A stretch of 64,000 bases of DNA from Persephonella sp. (GCA_026987075.1 JALSNI010000078.1:506-64505), one strand, 5' to 3'. Positions 47,469 through 55,946 are shown, counted from the stretch's first letter. Notes: a model not told the origin generated them from the sequence alone. Made by a program: numbers and translations.

Positions 47469-48511
47469 TTGTTCTGTTTATGGCCATTTTTAACACTGTT
47501 TTGGCTGAAAAGCTGTATGTGGTAGAGAGGGAAAGGGGAGCATTAGCAGTTATTGAAAGTGGTAAGTTTGTTAGAGAGATAAAAGACCTCGGAAATCTAA
47601 ATCACGCAATAGTAAAAACAAAAGGAGACTTTAGCTACTGTATAGCAAGGAATGGATATTTTTCAAAGATTGACAACAGAGCAGATAGATTAATAAAAAA
47701 AATAAAACCGGGAAACAGCGGTATCGGATTTACATTCATAAAAAACTACATAGCAATAGCCCATTACGACCCAAAAAAGGTAACAATTTTAGACCTAAAT
47801 CTGAACACTATTAAACAGATAAATACAGGCTCAAGAAATGTAGGAATAAAACCATACAAGCATCTACTTGTTTTCTCACTGATGGATAAAGACCAGATAT
47901 GGGTTTTAGATGCAGATAAAGAGTTTAAAAAGGTTTTTACTGTAGAAAATGCAGGAAAAATGCCCTTTGATGCATTAATCAATAAAGACAGATACATAGT
48001 GGGGTTTTTCAAAGAGAGGGGAGTGGGTATATTAGACTTGACCCATATGAAATATAAAAAGGTTAAGTTTGTCTCTGGGGAAGAGGAAGTTGTATTCAAA
48101 ATACCCCATTTTGGTATGTGGGGGGTTATAGAGAATAAAGCCGTAATACCAGCAGTGGGAGAAAAAAAGGCATATGTAGTGTCTATAAAAAGTATGGAAG
48201 TTATAAAACATATACCATTAAAAGGACTTCCCGTTTTTATAGTTATTTCTCCAGATAAAAAAACAGCCGTCGTTAACTACAGTGGAGAAAACGACCATCT
48301 TCTTTCTGTGATAGATCTGAAAAAATTTAGAGTCATAAAAACATTTCCTGCAGGTAAAAGGGTTATGCATATGAGATTTTCAAAAGATGGGAAAAAACTT
48401 TATGTCTCTTCATACTTTGATAACAGTCTGAAAATATTTGACACTAAAAACTGGAAACTTCTAAAAGAGATAACAGTTCCAAATCCTTCAGGGATTTTTA
48501 TAGTTAGATAA
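47456..48511 (+). CDS. nirF: NirF-like d1-propeller protein (no heme c motif)
   Basis: Signal peptide and a 351-aa beta-propeller-like repeat pattern similar to the NirS/NirN C-domains. It contains no CXXCH. Confidence 0.7.
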   Translation: MLYLIVLFMAIFNTVLAEKLYVVERERGALAVIESGKFVREIKDLGNLNHAIVKTKGDFSYCIARNGYFSKIDNRADRLIKKIKPGNSGIGFTFIKNYIAIAHYDPKKVTILDLNLNTIKQINTGSRNVGIKPYKHLLVFSLMDKDQIWVLDADKEFKKVFTVENAGKMPFDALINKDRYIVGFFKERGVGILDLTHMKYKKVKFVSGEEEVVFKIPHFGMWGVIENKAVIPAVGEKKAYVVSIKSMEVIKHIPLKGLPVFIVISPDKKTAVVNYSGENDHLLSVIDLKKFRVIKTFPAGKRVMHMRFSKDGKKLYVSSYFDNSLKIFDTKNWKLLKEITVPNPSGIFIVR

Positions 48512-48526
48512 AGGGGGCTGATTGTT

Positions 48527-49279
48527 ATGGGAAAAGTTTACATTGTTGGTGCTGGTCCGGGGGATCCGGAGCTTTTGACTCTAAAGGCTTTTCGGATAAT
48601 AAAGGAAGCAGATGTTATTCTTTACGACAGACTTATAAATCCTGAGATACTATTTCACGCAAAACCAGGATGTGAGCTTGTTTATGTGGGAAAGGAAGAT
48701 GGGAAGCACATATTAGAACAGGATAAGATAAACTTTTTACTCTATGAGTTTGCCCAAAAATATGAAACAGTTGTAAGACTTAAAGGAGGAGACCCTTTTG
48801 TTTTCGGAAGGGGAGGAGAAGAAGCGATATTTTTGAAAGAGAGGGGAATACCATTCGAGATTGTTCCTGGCATAACTTCAGCAATATCTGTTCCCTTATA
48901 TGCAGGTGTCCCTGTAACTCACAGGGGGGTTGCTTCATCTTTTGTCATTGTTACAGGACACGGCTCTAAAGGTCAATTTCCTGATATTAACTGGAATGCC
49001 CTTGCAGGGATAGACACAGTTATCTTTTTGATGGGAGTGTCTAACCGCCAGAAGATAGCTCAGAACATGATAGATGCCGGTAAAAGCCCTGACACACCTG
49101 TGATTTTTATTGAAAAAGGAACAACAAAAGAGCAGAAAGAAGTGCAGTCTACGCTCAAAGAAGTTTCAGAAGGTAAAGTTAATGTTCATCCACCAGCTAT
49201 ATTCCTCATAGGAGAAGTTGTTAATCTAAAGGATAAGATACATTGGTTTAAAGAGTCTTTGAAAGGAGCAGAAATATGA
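48527..49279 (+). CDS. nirE: Uroporphyrinogen-III C-methyltransferase (NirE/CobA, SUMT)
   Basis: [43 protein letters not shown]. Confidence 0.9.
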   Translation: MGKVYIVGAGPGDPELLTLKAFRIIKEADVILYDRLINPEILFHAKPGCELVYVGKEDGKHILEQDKINFLLYEFAQKYETVVRLKGGDPFVFGRGGEEAIFLKERGIPFEIVPGITSAISVPLYAGVPVTHRGVASSFVIVTGHGSKGQFPDINWNALAGIDTVIFLMGVSNRQKIAQNMIDAGKSPDTPVIFIEKGTTKEQKEVQSTLKEVSEGKVNVHPPAIFLIGEVVNLKDKIHWFKESLKGAEI

Positions 49280-50310
49280 CAGAGACAGATAAATTAATTT
49301 TAAAAAAGCTGCAAGATATACCTATTGAGGAGGAACCTTTTAAAAGGATATCAGAAGAGGTAGGAATTTCACAGGGGAATCTGATTGACAGAATTAAACA
49401 ACTAAAAGAAGATAAGGTAATCCGTCAGATTTCTCCTATATACGATACAAAAACTCTTGGATATGATAGCTCTCTTGTTGCATTTAAGGTTCAAAGAGAT
49501 ATTCAAAAAGTTGCCCAGATAGTAAATGAACATCCTGGAGTGAGCCATAACTATGAAAGAACAGATGAGTATAATCTGTGGTTTACAATAGCTGTTCCTC
49601 CAGACAGCAATTTAGGATTAGAAAAAACAGTGGAGATACTTGCCTGTCAATCAGGAGTAGAAGATTACCTGATACTGAGGACGAAAAAACTTTTTAAAAT
49701 AGGTGTTAAGTTAGATTATGAAAATCTAAAAGATAAAGAAAACATTAAAATAAACAAAAAAGAAAACAAAAAGCCTTTTCATATCTCCCAAGAAGATAAA
49801 AAAATCATATTTATCACTCAAAGTGATATTCCTTTGACGGAAAGACCATTTGAAGTTTATTCTGAAACGTTAAACATAGACCATAAACAACTAATAGATA
49901 AACTCAACCTTTATAAAAATTACGGTGTAATGAGAAGATTTGCCGCAATTCTTTTCCACAGAAAAGCTGGTTTTACTGCTAATGGCATGGTTGTATGGAA
50001 TGTGCCTGAAGACAGAATAGACGAGATAGGAACAAAACTCGCATCTTATAAGTCTGTATCCCATTGCTATCAAAGACAGACTTATAAAAACTGGCCGTAC
50101 AATCTGTTTTCAATGATACATGCTAAAACTCAAGATGAATTAGAGGAGTTCATAAAAGAGATATCAAAAGAGATAGATGTGCAGGACTTTAAAGTGCTGT
50201 ATTCAACAAGAGAATTTAAGAAAAAAAGAATTAAGTATTTTTCAGAAGAGTTTTACAGATGGGAGGAAACAAAAAATGGAAAATATACTACAGCAAGTAT
50301 CAAAGGTTAA
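49276..50310 (+). CDS. nirDL: Fused two-module siroheme decarboxylase (NirDL/AhbAB-like)
   Basis: Two tandem AsnC/Lrp-like modules, each with an HTH-like start (LILKKLQDIPIEEEPFKRISEEVGIS...; DKKIIFITQSDIPLTERPFEVYSETLNID...). 344 aa. Confidence 0.8.
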   Translation: MTETDKLILKKLQDIPIEEEPFKRISEEVGISQGNLIDRIKQLKEDKVIRQISPIYDTKTLGYDSSLVAFKVQRDIQKVAQIVNEHPGVSHNYERTDEYNLWFTIAVPPDSNLGLEKTVEILACQSGVEDYLILRTKKLFKIGVKLDYENLKDKENIKINKKENKKPFHISQEDKKIIFITQSDIPLTERPFEVYSETLNIDHKQLIDKLNLYKNYGVMRRFAAILFHRKAGFTANGMVVWNVPEDRIDEIGTKLASYKSVSHCYQRQTYKNWPYNLFSMIHAKTQDELEEFIKEISKEIDVQDFKVLYSTREFKKKRIKYFSEEFYRWEETKNGKYTTASIKG

Positions 50311-50758
50311 AAGAGACAAATTAGGAGAAGAAATTCCTATTCTTATATTTAGAGTTCTAAGGCATTACACCCATGAGTATGCCGCTGACCTATTGGGAGA
50401 GAGAGCATCAAATATTTTGTTTATAAATTCAGGAAAGGCTTTAGGTCTTGAGCTGGGGAAGATGCTATATGAAGAAGACATAAATAAATATCTTCAAAAA
50501 GTTTCCCAGTTTATACAGGAGGAAAAAATCGGAATACTTAATATTGTAGAGCTTTCAGATGAAAAGCTTGTAGTTCAGCTTGATGAATGTATAACCTGTG
50601 CAGGAATGGACAACATAGGTAAGAGAATCTGTTTTTTTGAGGTAGGTATTGTTTCAGGACTTGTTGAAGGTTTTTTAGGAAAGAAGGTTATAGCTCAGGA
50701 AACAAAATGTAATGCAAACGGTGAAGGAACCTGTGAAGTAACTGTTTTCCTAGAATAA
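50276..50758 (+). CDS. V4R (4-vinyl reductase) domain protein
   Basis: The ATG at 50276 follows GGGAGGA. The C-terminal region ECITCAGMDNIGKRICFFEVGIVSGLVEGFLGKKV...KCNANGEGTCEV matches the V4R pattern. It overlaps the nirDL 3' end by 35 nt; the ORF-track start at 50177 is an extension. Confidence 0.65.
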   Translation: MENILQQVSKVKRDKLGEEIPILIFRVLRHYTHEYAADLLGERASNILFINSGKALGLELGKMLYEEDINKYLQKVSQFIQEEKIGILNIVELSDEKLVVQLDECITCAGMDNIGKRICFFEVGIVSGLVEGFLGKKVIAQETKCNANGEGTCEVTVFLE

Positions 50759-50845
50759 TAATTCTTTTTTGTATAGCATTTTAGTAGAGATTCTAACTAT
50801 TCTGTAAGTTTGAATTTGGTTGTTCCGACTGATGGTTCTTGCCTT

Positions 50846-50872
50846 AATAAAAAAGGGGGTGGGAACCCCCCT
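50846..50872 (-). terminator. Rho-independent terminator after the qNOR gene
   Basis: GGGGGT-GGGA-ACCCCC hairpin (50855-50870). On the minus strand it is followed by a U-run (complement of AATAAAAAA). It lies between convergent genes. Confidence 0.55.
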
Positions 50873-50880
50873 TAATATGC

Positions 50881-53184
50881 TTATGTTGTAGCTGTTACAG
50901 GAGCTTCTTTTTTAGAAAGATAGAGCTTATAAACAAGGTCAACCAGTATTAGCACTGAACCTGCAACTATCATCAGGTCAGGAATAAGTCTTATCCACAG
51001 CCAGAATCCCATTCCTTCAAGAACTTCTCTTGTTCTTGCTACCCAGTAACCGTAGTTATAAGCCCATTCCATCTGTTTCTCACCTATAACTAAAACAGGG
51101 AATGCAAACAAGAATATTCCACCTGTTGTAAGCCAGAATCCAAGATTTGATACCTTTTCGTCCCAGTGAAGTCCTTTTGCCAGAGCATTAGCTCTTGCTA
51201 TGAAGTAAAGGAATGCGATGGATATGTATCCAAATGCTCCAAGGAGTGCCACGTGTCCGTGAGCCATTCCAAAGTATGTTCCATGTTCGTAGTAATTAAC
51301 AATTGGAAGATTTATAAGCATTCCATAGAATCCTGCACCAAGCCAGTTGAGGAATGCAGAACCTGCAAGCCACAAGAAAGCCATTCTAAATGGGAAAGAC
51401 TCTCCTTTTTCTTTTATGTGTAGATACTCTTTTGTTGCCTCAATCATAAGAATAACAAGTGGTAGTGGTTCTAAAGATGACAGAACTCCACCCCATGCAA
51501 TCCAGAACTCGTTTTCACCCATCCAGAAATAATGATGGCCTGTTCCTATAGTTCCAGCTGCAACAATGAGAAATGCTTCAAAGAACATCATTATTGTTGC
51601 AAATCTTGCACTTACAAGACCAAGAGCAACAGTCAAGAATGCCAGTGTTCCTGCAGCAAACAGCTCAAATGTGTTTTCAACCCAGAGGTGAACAACCCAC
51701 CATCTGAAGTAGTCATCAATGGTAAAGTTAGGCATGATTTTGTGAAGTGGAGCCATTCCTGCCATGTAAAGAACAGCTATGGCAAACGCAGCCCATATCA
51801 TCATTGCAAGTGGGGGCGTGATCTTTTCTGCCTGACGGACAGTAAAGAATACTATTGTGAACCACAGGACAAGACCAACTACGAGACCTATATCCCACAA
51901 TCTTCCAAGCTCAATGTATTCCCTTCCCTCAGAGCCTAACCAGAACCACAGAGAGTCTGGAAGTTTTCCGAGTGCACCAAGCCACAGTCCTATAAGACCT
52001 CCACCTCCAACGATAAGGAGTGCAACCCACAGAATGTCCACAGCTATTGGAAATTTAAAATCTTTTCCTTTTGATGCCAGTGGTGCTATAAACAGTCCTC
52101 CTGCAAGCCATCCTATTGCAATCCACAGAACAGCAAGGTTAAGGTGAAACTCCCTTGCCACATTAAACGGTAACAGAGATTGGGGAACTATCCAGTTGTG
52201 TGTTGGGTCTGCATAAAGGTGAGCCATGTATCCACCAAGCAGTGTCTGGAGAACAAAGAACAGAGGAACGAGAGGAACATATTTTATAACTTTTTCCTGC
52301 ATTGGAGTAAGTTTTGTAATTTGGAGAGAAGCATCAGCTTCTTTGTGATCGTCAAATTTAAGGAAGTAATCGTAAAATGCCCACATAACAACAATGGTAA
52401 GAGCCCAACATGCCATGAATGCTATTAAAGACCAGAATAGAGAAGAATATGTAGCATCCATTCCTATAGCAGGTTCAGGAGGCCAGTTGTTTGTGTAAGT
52501 GGGATGCATGTTCAGGTTTTTATAAACGCTTATAGGTTCTCCTAAAGATTTTATTTCAGATACTGCTTCTTTTGGCTCTGCTCCAGGTCTTGGAGTAACT
52601 GCTACAAGTGTTGTCCAGTCTATAAATGCTGCCATCTTTTCAGCTTCTTCAGGTTTAACAAGTCCTCCAACCCATGCATATTGAGGATTTCCTTTCACTA
52701 AGTATTCAACTAATTTTTCTTTAACTTTCAGCCATGCCTTTTCGTGTTCAGGGGTAACTTGTGTTATACCTTCTTTAAGTATGGATTTTTGTCTAACATC
52801 CATAGTCACCAAGTAATCAATCTGGGTTTTCTGTTCATCGGTAAGGGAGCTGTAATCTGTTCCAAACTTTTCCTGAGCATAGATGTTTCTCAGATTAACG
52901 ATTTTTTCGTGTAAAACCCATGCTGTGTAGTCAGGCCCCATATAGGCACCATTTCCTAAAAGTGTTCCCTGGTCCATAACCACATATTTCTGGAAGTATG
53001 CCTTACCTTGAACGATGTCATCATAGGTGTAGAGTGTTTGTGTTCCCCTGACTTCTTGAGGTATTGGTGGAACATCTTTAATCTGGACGACAGTCAGGTA
53101 GGTAAATATACCTACTGCAGCAATCGTGGACAGAACAAAGATCAGGAACCACTTTTTTGTGGTTTGATCCATTAATTTAGTCAT
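50881..53184 (-). CDS. norZ: Quinol-dependent nitric oxide reductase (qNOR, NorZ/long NorB)
   Basis: 767 aa. The N-terminal TM plus a soluble extension of about 230 aa has no CXXCH. The YTNNWP motif is followed by a heme-copper oxidase subunit I core with GTGHHYFWMG and GMAHGHVALLGAFG. Confidence 0.92.
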   Translation of the reverse strand: MTKLMDQTTKKWFLIFVLSTIAAVGIFTYLTVVQIKDVPPIPQEVRGTQTLYTYDDIVQGKAYFQKYVVMDQGTLLGNGAYMGPDYTAWVLHEKIVNLRNIYAQEKFGTDYSSLTDEQKTQIDYLVTMDVRQKSILKEGITQVTPEHEKAWLKVKEKLVEYLVKGNPQYAWVGGLVKPEEAEKMAAFIDWTTLVAVTPRPGAEPKEAVSEIKSLGEPISVYKNLNMHPTYTNNWPPEPAIGMDATYSSLFWSLIAFMACWALTIVVMWAFYDYFLKFDDHKEADASLQITKLTPMQEKVIKYVPLVPLFFVLQTLLGGYMAHLYADPTHNWIVPQSLLPFNVAREFHLNLAVLWIAIGWLAGGLFIAPLASKGKDFKFPIAVDILWVALLIVGGGGLIGLWLGALGKLPDSLWFWLGSEGREYIELGRLWDIGLVVGLVLWFTIVFFTVRQAEKITPPLAMMIWAAFAIAVLYMAGMAPLHKIMPNFTIDDYFRWWVVHLWVENTFELFAAGTLAFLTVALGLVSARFATIMMFFEAFLIVAAGTIGTGHHYFWMGENEFWIAWGGVLSSLEPLPLVILMIEATKEYLHIKEKGESFPFRMAFLWLAGSAFLNWLGAGFYGMLINLPIVNYYEHGTYFGMAHGHVALLGAFGYISIAFLYFIARANALAKGLHWDEKVSNLGFWLTTGGIFLFAFPVLVIGEKQMEWAYNYGYWVARTREVLEGMGFWLWIRLIPDLMIVAGSVLILVDLVYKLYLSKKEAPVTATT

Positions 53185-53197
53185 CTCCTAAACCCTC

Positions 53198-53608
53198 CTA
53201 TGTAGTTAGATAAACTCTAATTAGATAAATAAACAAGTAAGAGAAAAACATAATTCCAAAAAGTCTTTTGTATATCCTTGCTTCACCTCCTTTGTAGATT
53301 AGAGCAAGAGAAAATATAAAAAGAACAACTGTGTAACCTAAAATCATAACGAGAGCACTTTGACCAATTGGATTATTAGTCAAATCGTCCATACCGTTCA
53401 TACTAAGGATAGATAGAAGAAGAATACCTGTTGCACCTGAAAACAGAATTAGTAACAAAGACGCTTTTAAATATCTTTTTATTATTGATTCTTTCATAAT
53501 TTCTTCACTTCCAAAGGCAAAAACAAAAGAGATGCCAAAAAATGCTGCATTAGAAATTACGTGAATCATATAGGAAATTTTCCATAACCACGAACCAACT
53601 TCCATCAT
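53198..53608 (-). CDS. 4-TM membrane protein, paralogue 1 (CopD/DUF2269-like; function unknown)
   Basis: 136 aa with four hydrophobic helices, the first beginning IHVISNAAFFG. Its stop lies 13 nt upstream of the qNOR ATG, and its 3' end carries the qNOR SD. Confidence 0.55.
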   Translation of the reverse strand: MMEVGSWLWKISYMIHVISNAAFFGISFVFAFGSEEIMKESIIKRYLKASLLLILFSGATGILLLSILSMNGMDDLTNNPIGQSALVMILGYTVVLFIFSLALIYKGGEARIYKRLFGIMFFSYLFIYLIRVYLTT

Positions 53609-53616
53609 TATTTAGT

Positions 53617-53739
53617 TTAACCTCCAATCATCCTAACTATGGCTATGATACATGGGCCTGCAAGCAGGAAAAAAGCTGTAATCAAAAACATAAAAAGCGA
53701 TAACACTATTGACCACTGTTTCCAATTCCATTGAGGCAT
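53617..53739 (-). CDS. Unannotated 40-aa single-TM micro-protein
   Basis: Below the ORF-track size cutoff. GGAG plus 5 nt precedes the ATG at 53739. It encodes MPQWNWKQWSIVLSLFMFLITAFFLLAGPCIIAIVRMIGG, and its last codons (ATT GGA GGT TAA) supply a GGAGG upstream of the next gene. Confidence 0.4.
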   Translation of the reverse strand: MPQWNWKQWSIVLSLFMFLITAFFLLAGPCIIAIVRMIGG

Positions 53740-53797
53740 CTAATCTCCAATTTCATACTTTTTAGTCTTAAATTAAGGCAGTATAAAATTTACTGCA

Positions 53798-53811
53798 TTG
53801 ACCTGAATCAA
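53798..53811 (-). promoter_or_regulatory. FNR/Dnr-type box TTGACCTGAATCAA upstream of the micro-ORF/qNOR operon
   Basis: Identical 14-mer to the napA box. Its centre is about 65 nt upstream of the ATG at 53739. TAATTT on the minus strand (53775-53770) lies where a -10 is expected for a -41.5 site. Confidence 0.55.
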
Positions 53812-53817
53812 TGCTTT

Positions 53818-54150
53818 TTACAGATTTATCTTTTTTTGAGGATTTGGGGCAATAACAGCCTGAACAATCATATCTTCAATGGCTTCAAATCCATGAGGTT
53901 CTTCGGGTTGGTAATACAGACTTTCCCTTTCTTCTAATATCTCATAACTACTTTCAGAGCCGTAGTAAAATTTTCCCTTTCCCTGAAGCACAGTAACAAA
54001 AACGTCAGACTTTGAAGCATGCAGAGGTATTTTCTGGCCTGCCTTGAGGTAAAAGTGAACAATAACGAGATTATCTGTTGCCAGGATTTTCTCTGATATA
54101 GGTTTTTCTGAGCTGAATGTCTCAGCTACCGGATAGATTTTTAATGACAT
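53818..54150 (-). CDS. Cupin-domain protein
   Basis: 110 aa with GQKIPLHASKSDVFVTVLQGKG....PEEPHGFEA, a two-motif cupin pattern. Confidence 0.7.
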   Translation of the reverse strand: MSLKIYPVAETFSSEKPISEKILATDNLVIVHFYLKAGQKIPLHASKSDVFVTVLQGKGKFYYGSESSYEILEERESLYYQPEEPHGFEAIEDMIVQAVIAPNPQKKINL

Positions 54151-54162
54151 GACTGTCCTCCT

Positions 54163-54591
54163 TTATAAAATAAACATCAGTTTTGCAAGAATGATAATGG
54201 AAAACACCAGCACAAATATAATTTTGTGGGCAGTATCAAAAAATTTGCTGTCAGATTTTCCTTTTAGAAACAGGTAGATAGCTGCAGCAACAAGGGGAAT
54301 AACAGTTAGGGCAAGGGTAACTTTCAGTATTAATAGCTTTCCAAAAGTTGTAGACAGGTCTAATCCTTTTATGTGATGGTGAAACATATAAAGTCCTGTT
54401 AAATACAAAAGAATCACAAAAATTGGAACAATTTTTATTCCCCGCTCCGTTATTATAGTTTTTTCTATTTCTCTGTATTTTTCCTCTCCATACCTTTTTT
54501 TAATAGCAGGAAGCAGGATTACCTCTGTGAAGACAACACCACCAAAAATTACAGCGGATATAAGATGGACTGTTTTTACCCATTCATACAT
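54163..54591 (-). CDS. 4-TM membrane protein, paralogue 2 (CopD/DUF2269-like; function unknown)
   Basis: 142 aa. The first helix is VHLISAVIFGGVVFTEVILLP, with LTGLYMFHHH in helix 2. Confidence 0.55.
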   Translation of the reverse strand: MYEWVKTVHLISAVIFGGVVFTEVILLPAIKKRYGEEKYREIEKTIITERGIKIVPIFVILLYLTGLYMFHHHIKGLDLSTTFGKLLILKVTLALTVIPLVAAAIYLFLKGKSDSKFFDTAHKIIFVLVFSIIILAKLMFIL

Positions 54592-54593
54592 AA

Positions 54594-55034
54594 TTACACC
54601 TTTATGTTTTCAAACTTTTCAATGTTTCTTATAGCATCTTCAAGAGTTGTTTTTTCAAACATTGATAGTATCTGTCTTCTTTTGTCAGCCCAGAGGTTGT
54701 GGATACTACAGGGGTTTTCATCAGAGCATTTCTCAAACCCAAGTATACAGTTGTTAAAGAAATCCATACCATCAATAACTGCTACAATATCTATAAGCCT
54801 TATCTTTGAAGGTGGTTTCAAAAGTTTTACTCCTCCTTGAGGGCCCCTGTGGGATTCTAACAGCCCTGCTTTTACAAGTTTCTGGAAGTTTTTTGACAGA
54901 AAGTAGAAAGAAAGACCTAAATCTCTTGCTATTTTGTATATTGATATAAACCTGTCTTTATACTTTTCTTTTTTAGACAGATTTGCTATATAAATCATTG
55001 CCCTTATAGAGTCTCTACATGCTGCTGACAGCAT
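54594..55034 (-). CDS. Rrf2-family transcription regulator (NsrR/IscR-like, cluster-binding type)
   Basis: N-terminal winged HTH (ISIYKIARDLGLSFYFLSKNFQKLVKAGLLESHRGPQGG) and three-Cys ligand region CILGFEKCSDENPC. Confidence 0.85.
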   Translation of the reverse strand: MLSAACRDSIRAMIYIANLSKKEKYKDRFISIYKIARDLGLSFYFLSKNFQKLVKAGLLESHRGPQGGVKLLKPPSKIRLIDIVAVIDGMDFFNNCILGFEKCSDENPCSIHNLWADKRRQILSMFEKTTLEDAIRNIEKFENIKV

Positions 55035-55489
55035 TATTCAAACCTCTCAAGGTCGTATTTAAGAATGTCTGGAAAAAAGAAATGCTCTTCTTCTGTAAAA
55101 TGGTCTTTAAGAGTTGAGAAGAACAGCTTTACAGATTTTATAAGTTCTTTTTTTATGTCTTTACCTAAGTATTCATTTTTTCCTTCTTTGTATAAAGAAG
55201 CAACATATTTTATGTGGTCTGCAATCTCATCAAGTGTTCTGTGACCAAAGTTTAGAGCTTCAATATCAAACTCTGTTATTCCTGCTTCTTCAAGGGCTTC
55301 GTCTAAATCTTCTTCTTCAACCCTTGCATGCTCTCCAACATCTTCATCTATGAATTTTATAATTTTGTCTATAGTTTCAGGAGAGAAGTTTTCCTCAAGT
55401 TCTTTTTCTAACTCTTCACTCTTTTTAAGGAGGAGCTTGTGTTCCTGAGTAAGTTTGTTTAATATCTCTTTAACCTTTTGAAAGCTCAT
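55034..55489 (-). CDS. Hemerythrin-like (HHE cation-binding) domain protein
   Basis: Repeated H/E motifs: QEHKLL, GEHARVEEEDL, FGHRTLDE and KDHFTEEEHFFFP. Confidence 0.72.
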   Translation of the reverse strand: MSFQKVKEILNKLTQEHKLLLKKSEELEKELEENFSPETIDKIIKFIDEDVGEHARVEEEDLDEALEEAGITEFDIEALNFGHRTLDEIADHIKYVASLYKEGKNEYLGKDIKKELIKSVKLFFSTLKDHFTEEEHFFFPDILKYDLERFE

Positions 55490-55490
55490 G

Positions 55491-55946
55491 TTATCCTCCC
55501 ATTCGCAGTTTTGCTGCTAAAAATATTATTGATATTCCCAGTATAAGATTTATTACCCCTATTATTCTGGCAGTGATTTTAAACTTCCTGTTTAAATGAG
55601 ACCTGGGACCTACATAAAAGTCGTGTATTACCGCAAGTATTACTGTGAGAATAAATAGATGTATTTTGTGGTGAAGTGTAGAGGCATAACTGTTTGAGAA
55701 GTTTAGCATGTCCTGAAATGAGACACCCATTGTTTTCATGTTGTATATTCCTGTTATAAGTAGCAAAGGTAGCCCAATAACTGTTCCCCAGAAGCTGTAT
55801 CTTCTTCCAACTTCCTGATATGCTTTCACGCTAATATCCTCTGGAAGTTTTCTTACATATGGAGAAAGGGCAAGAACCATAAAAAGCATTCCCCCTATCC
55901 AGAAAGAAGCGACGATAAGATGAACAGCCATAACAAAAGTTCCCAT
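55491..55946 (-). CDS. 4-TM membrane protein, paralogue 3 (CopD/DUF2269-like; function unknown)
   Basis: 151 aa. The first helix is VHLIVASFWIGGMLFMVLALSP, with LITGIYNM in helix 2 and LHHKIHLF/VIHDFY in helix 3. Confidence 0.55.
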   Translation of the reverse strand: MGTFVMAVHLIVASFWIGGMLFMVLALSPYVRKLPEDISVKAYQEVGRRYSFWGTVIGLPLLLITGIYNMKTMGVSFQDMLNFSNSYASTLHHKIHLFILTVILAVIHDFYVGPRSHLNRKFKITARIIGVINLILGISIIFLAAKLRMGG

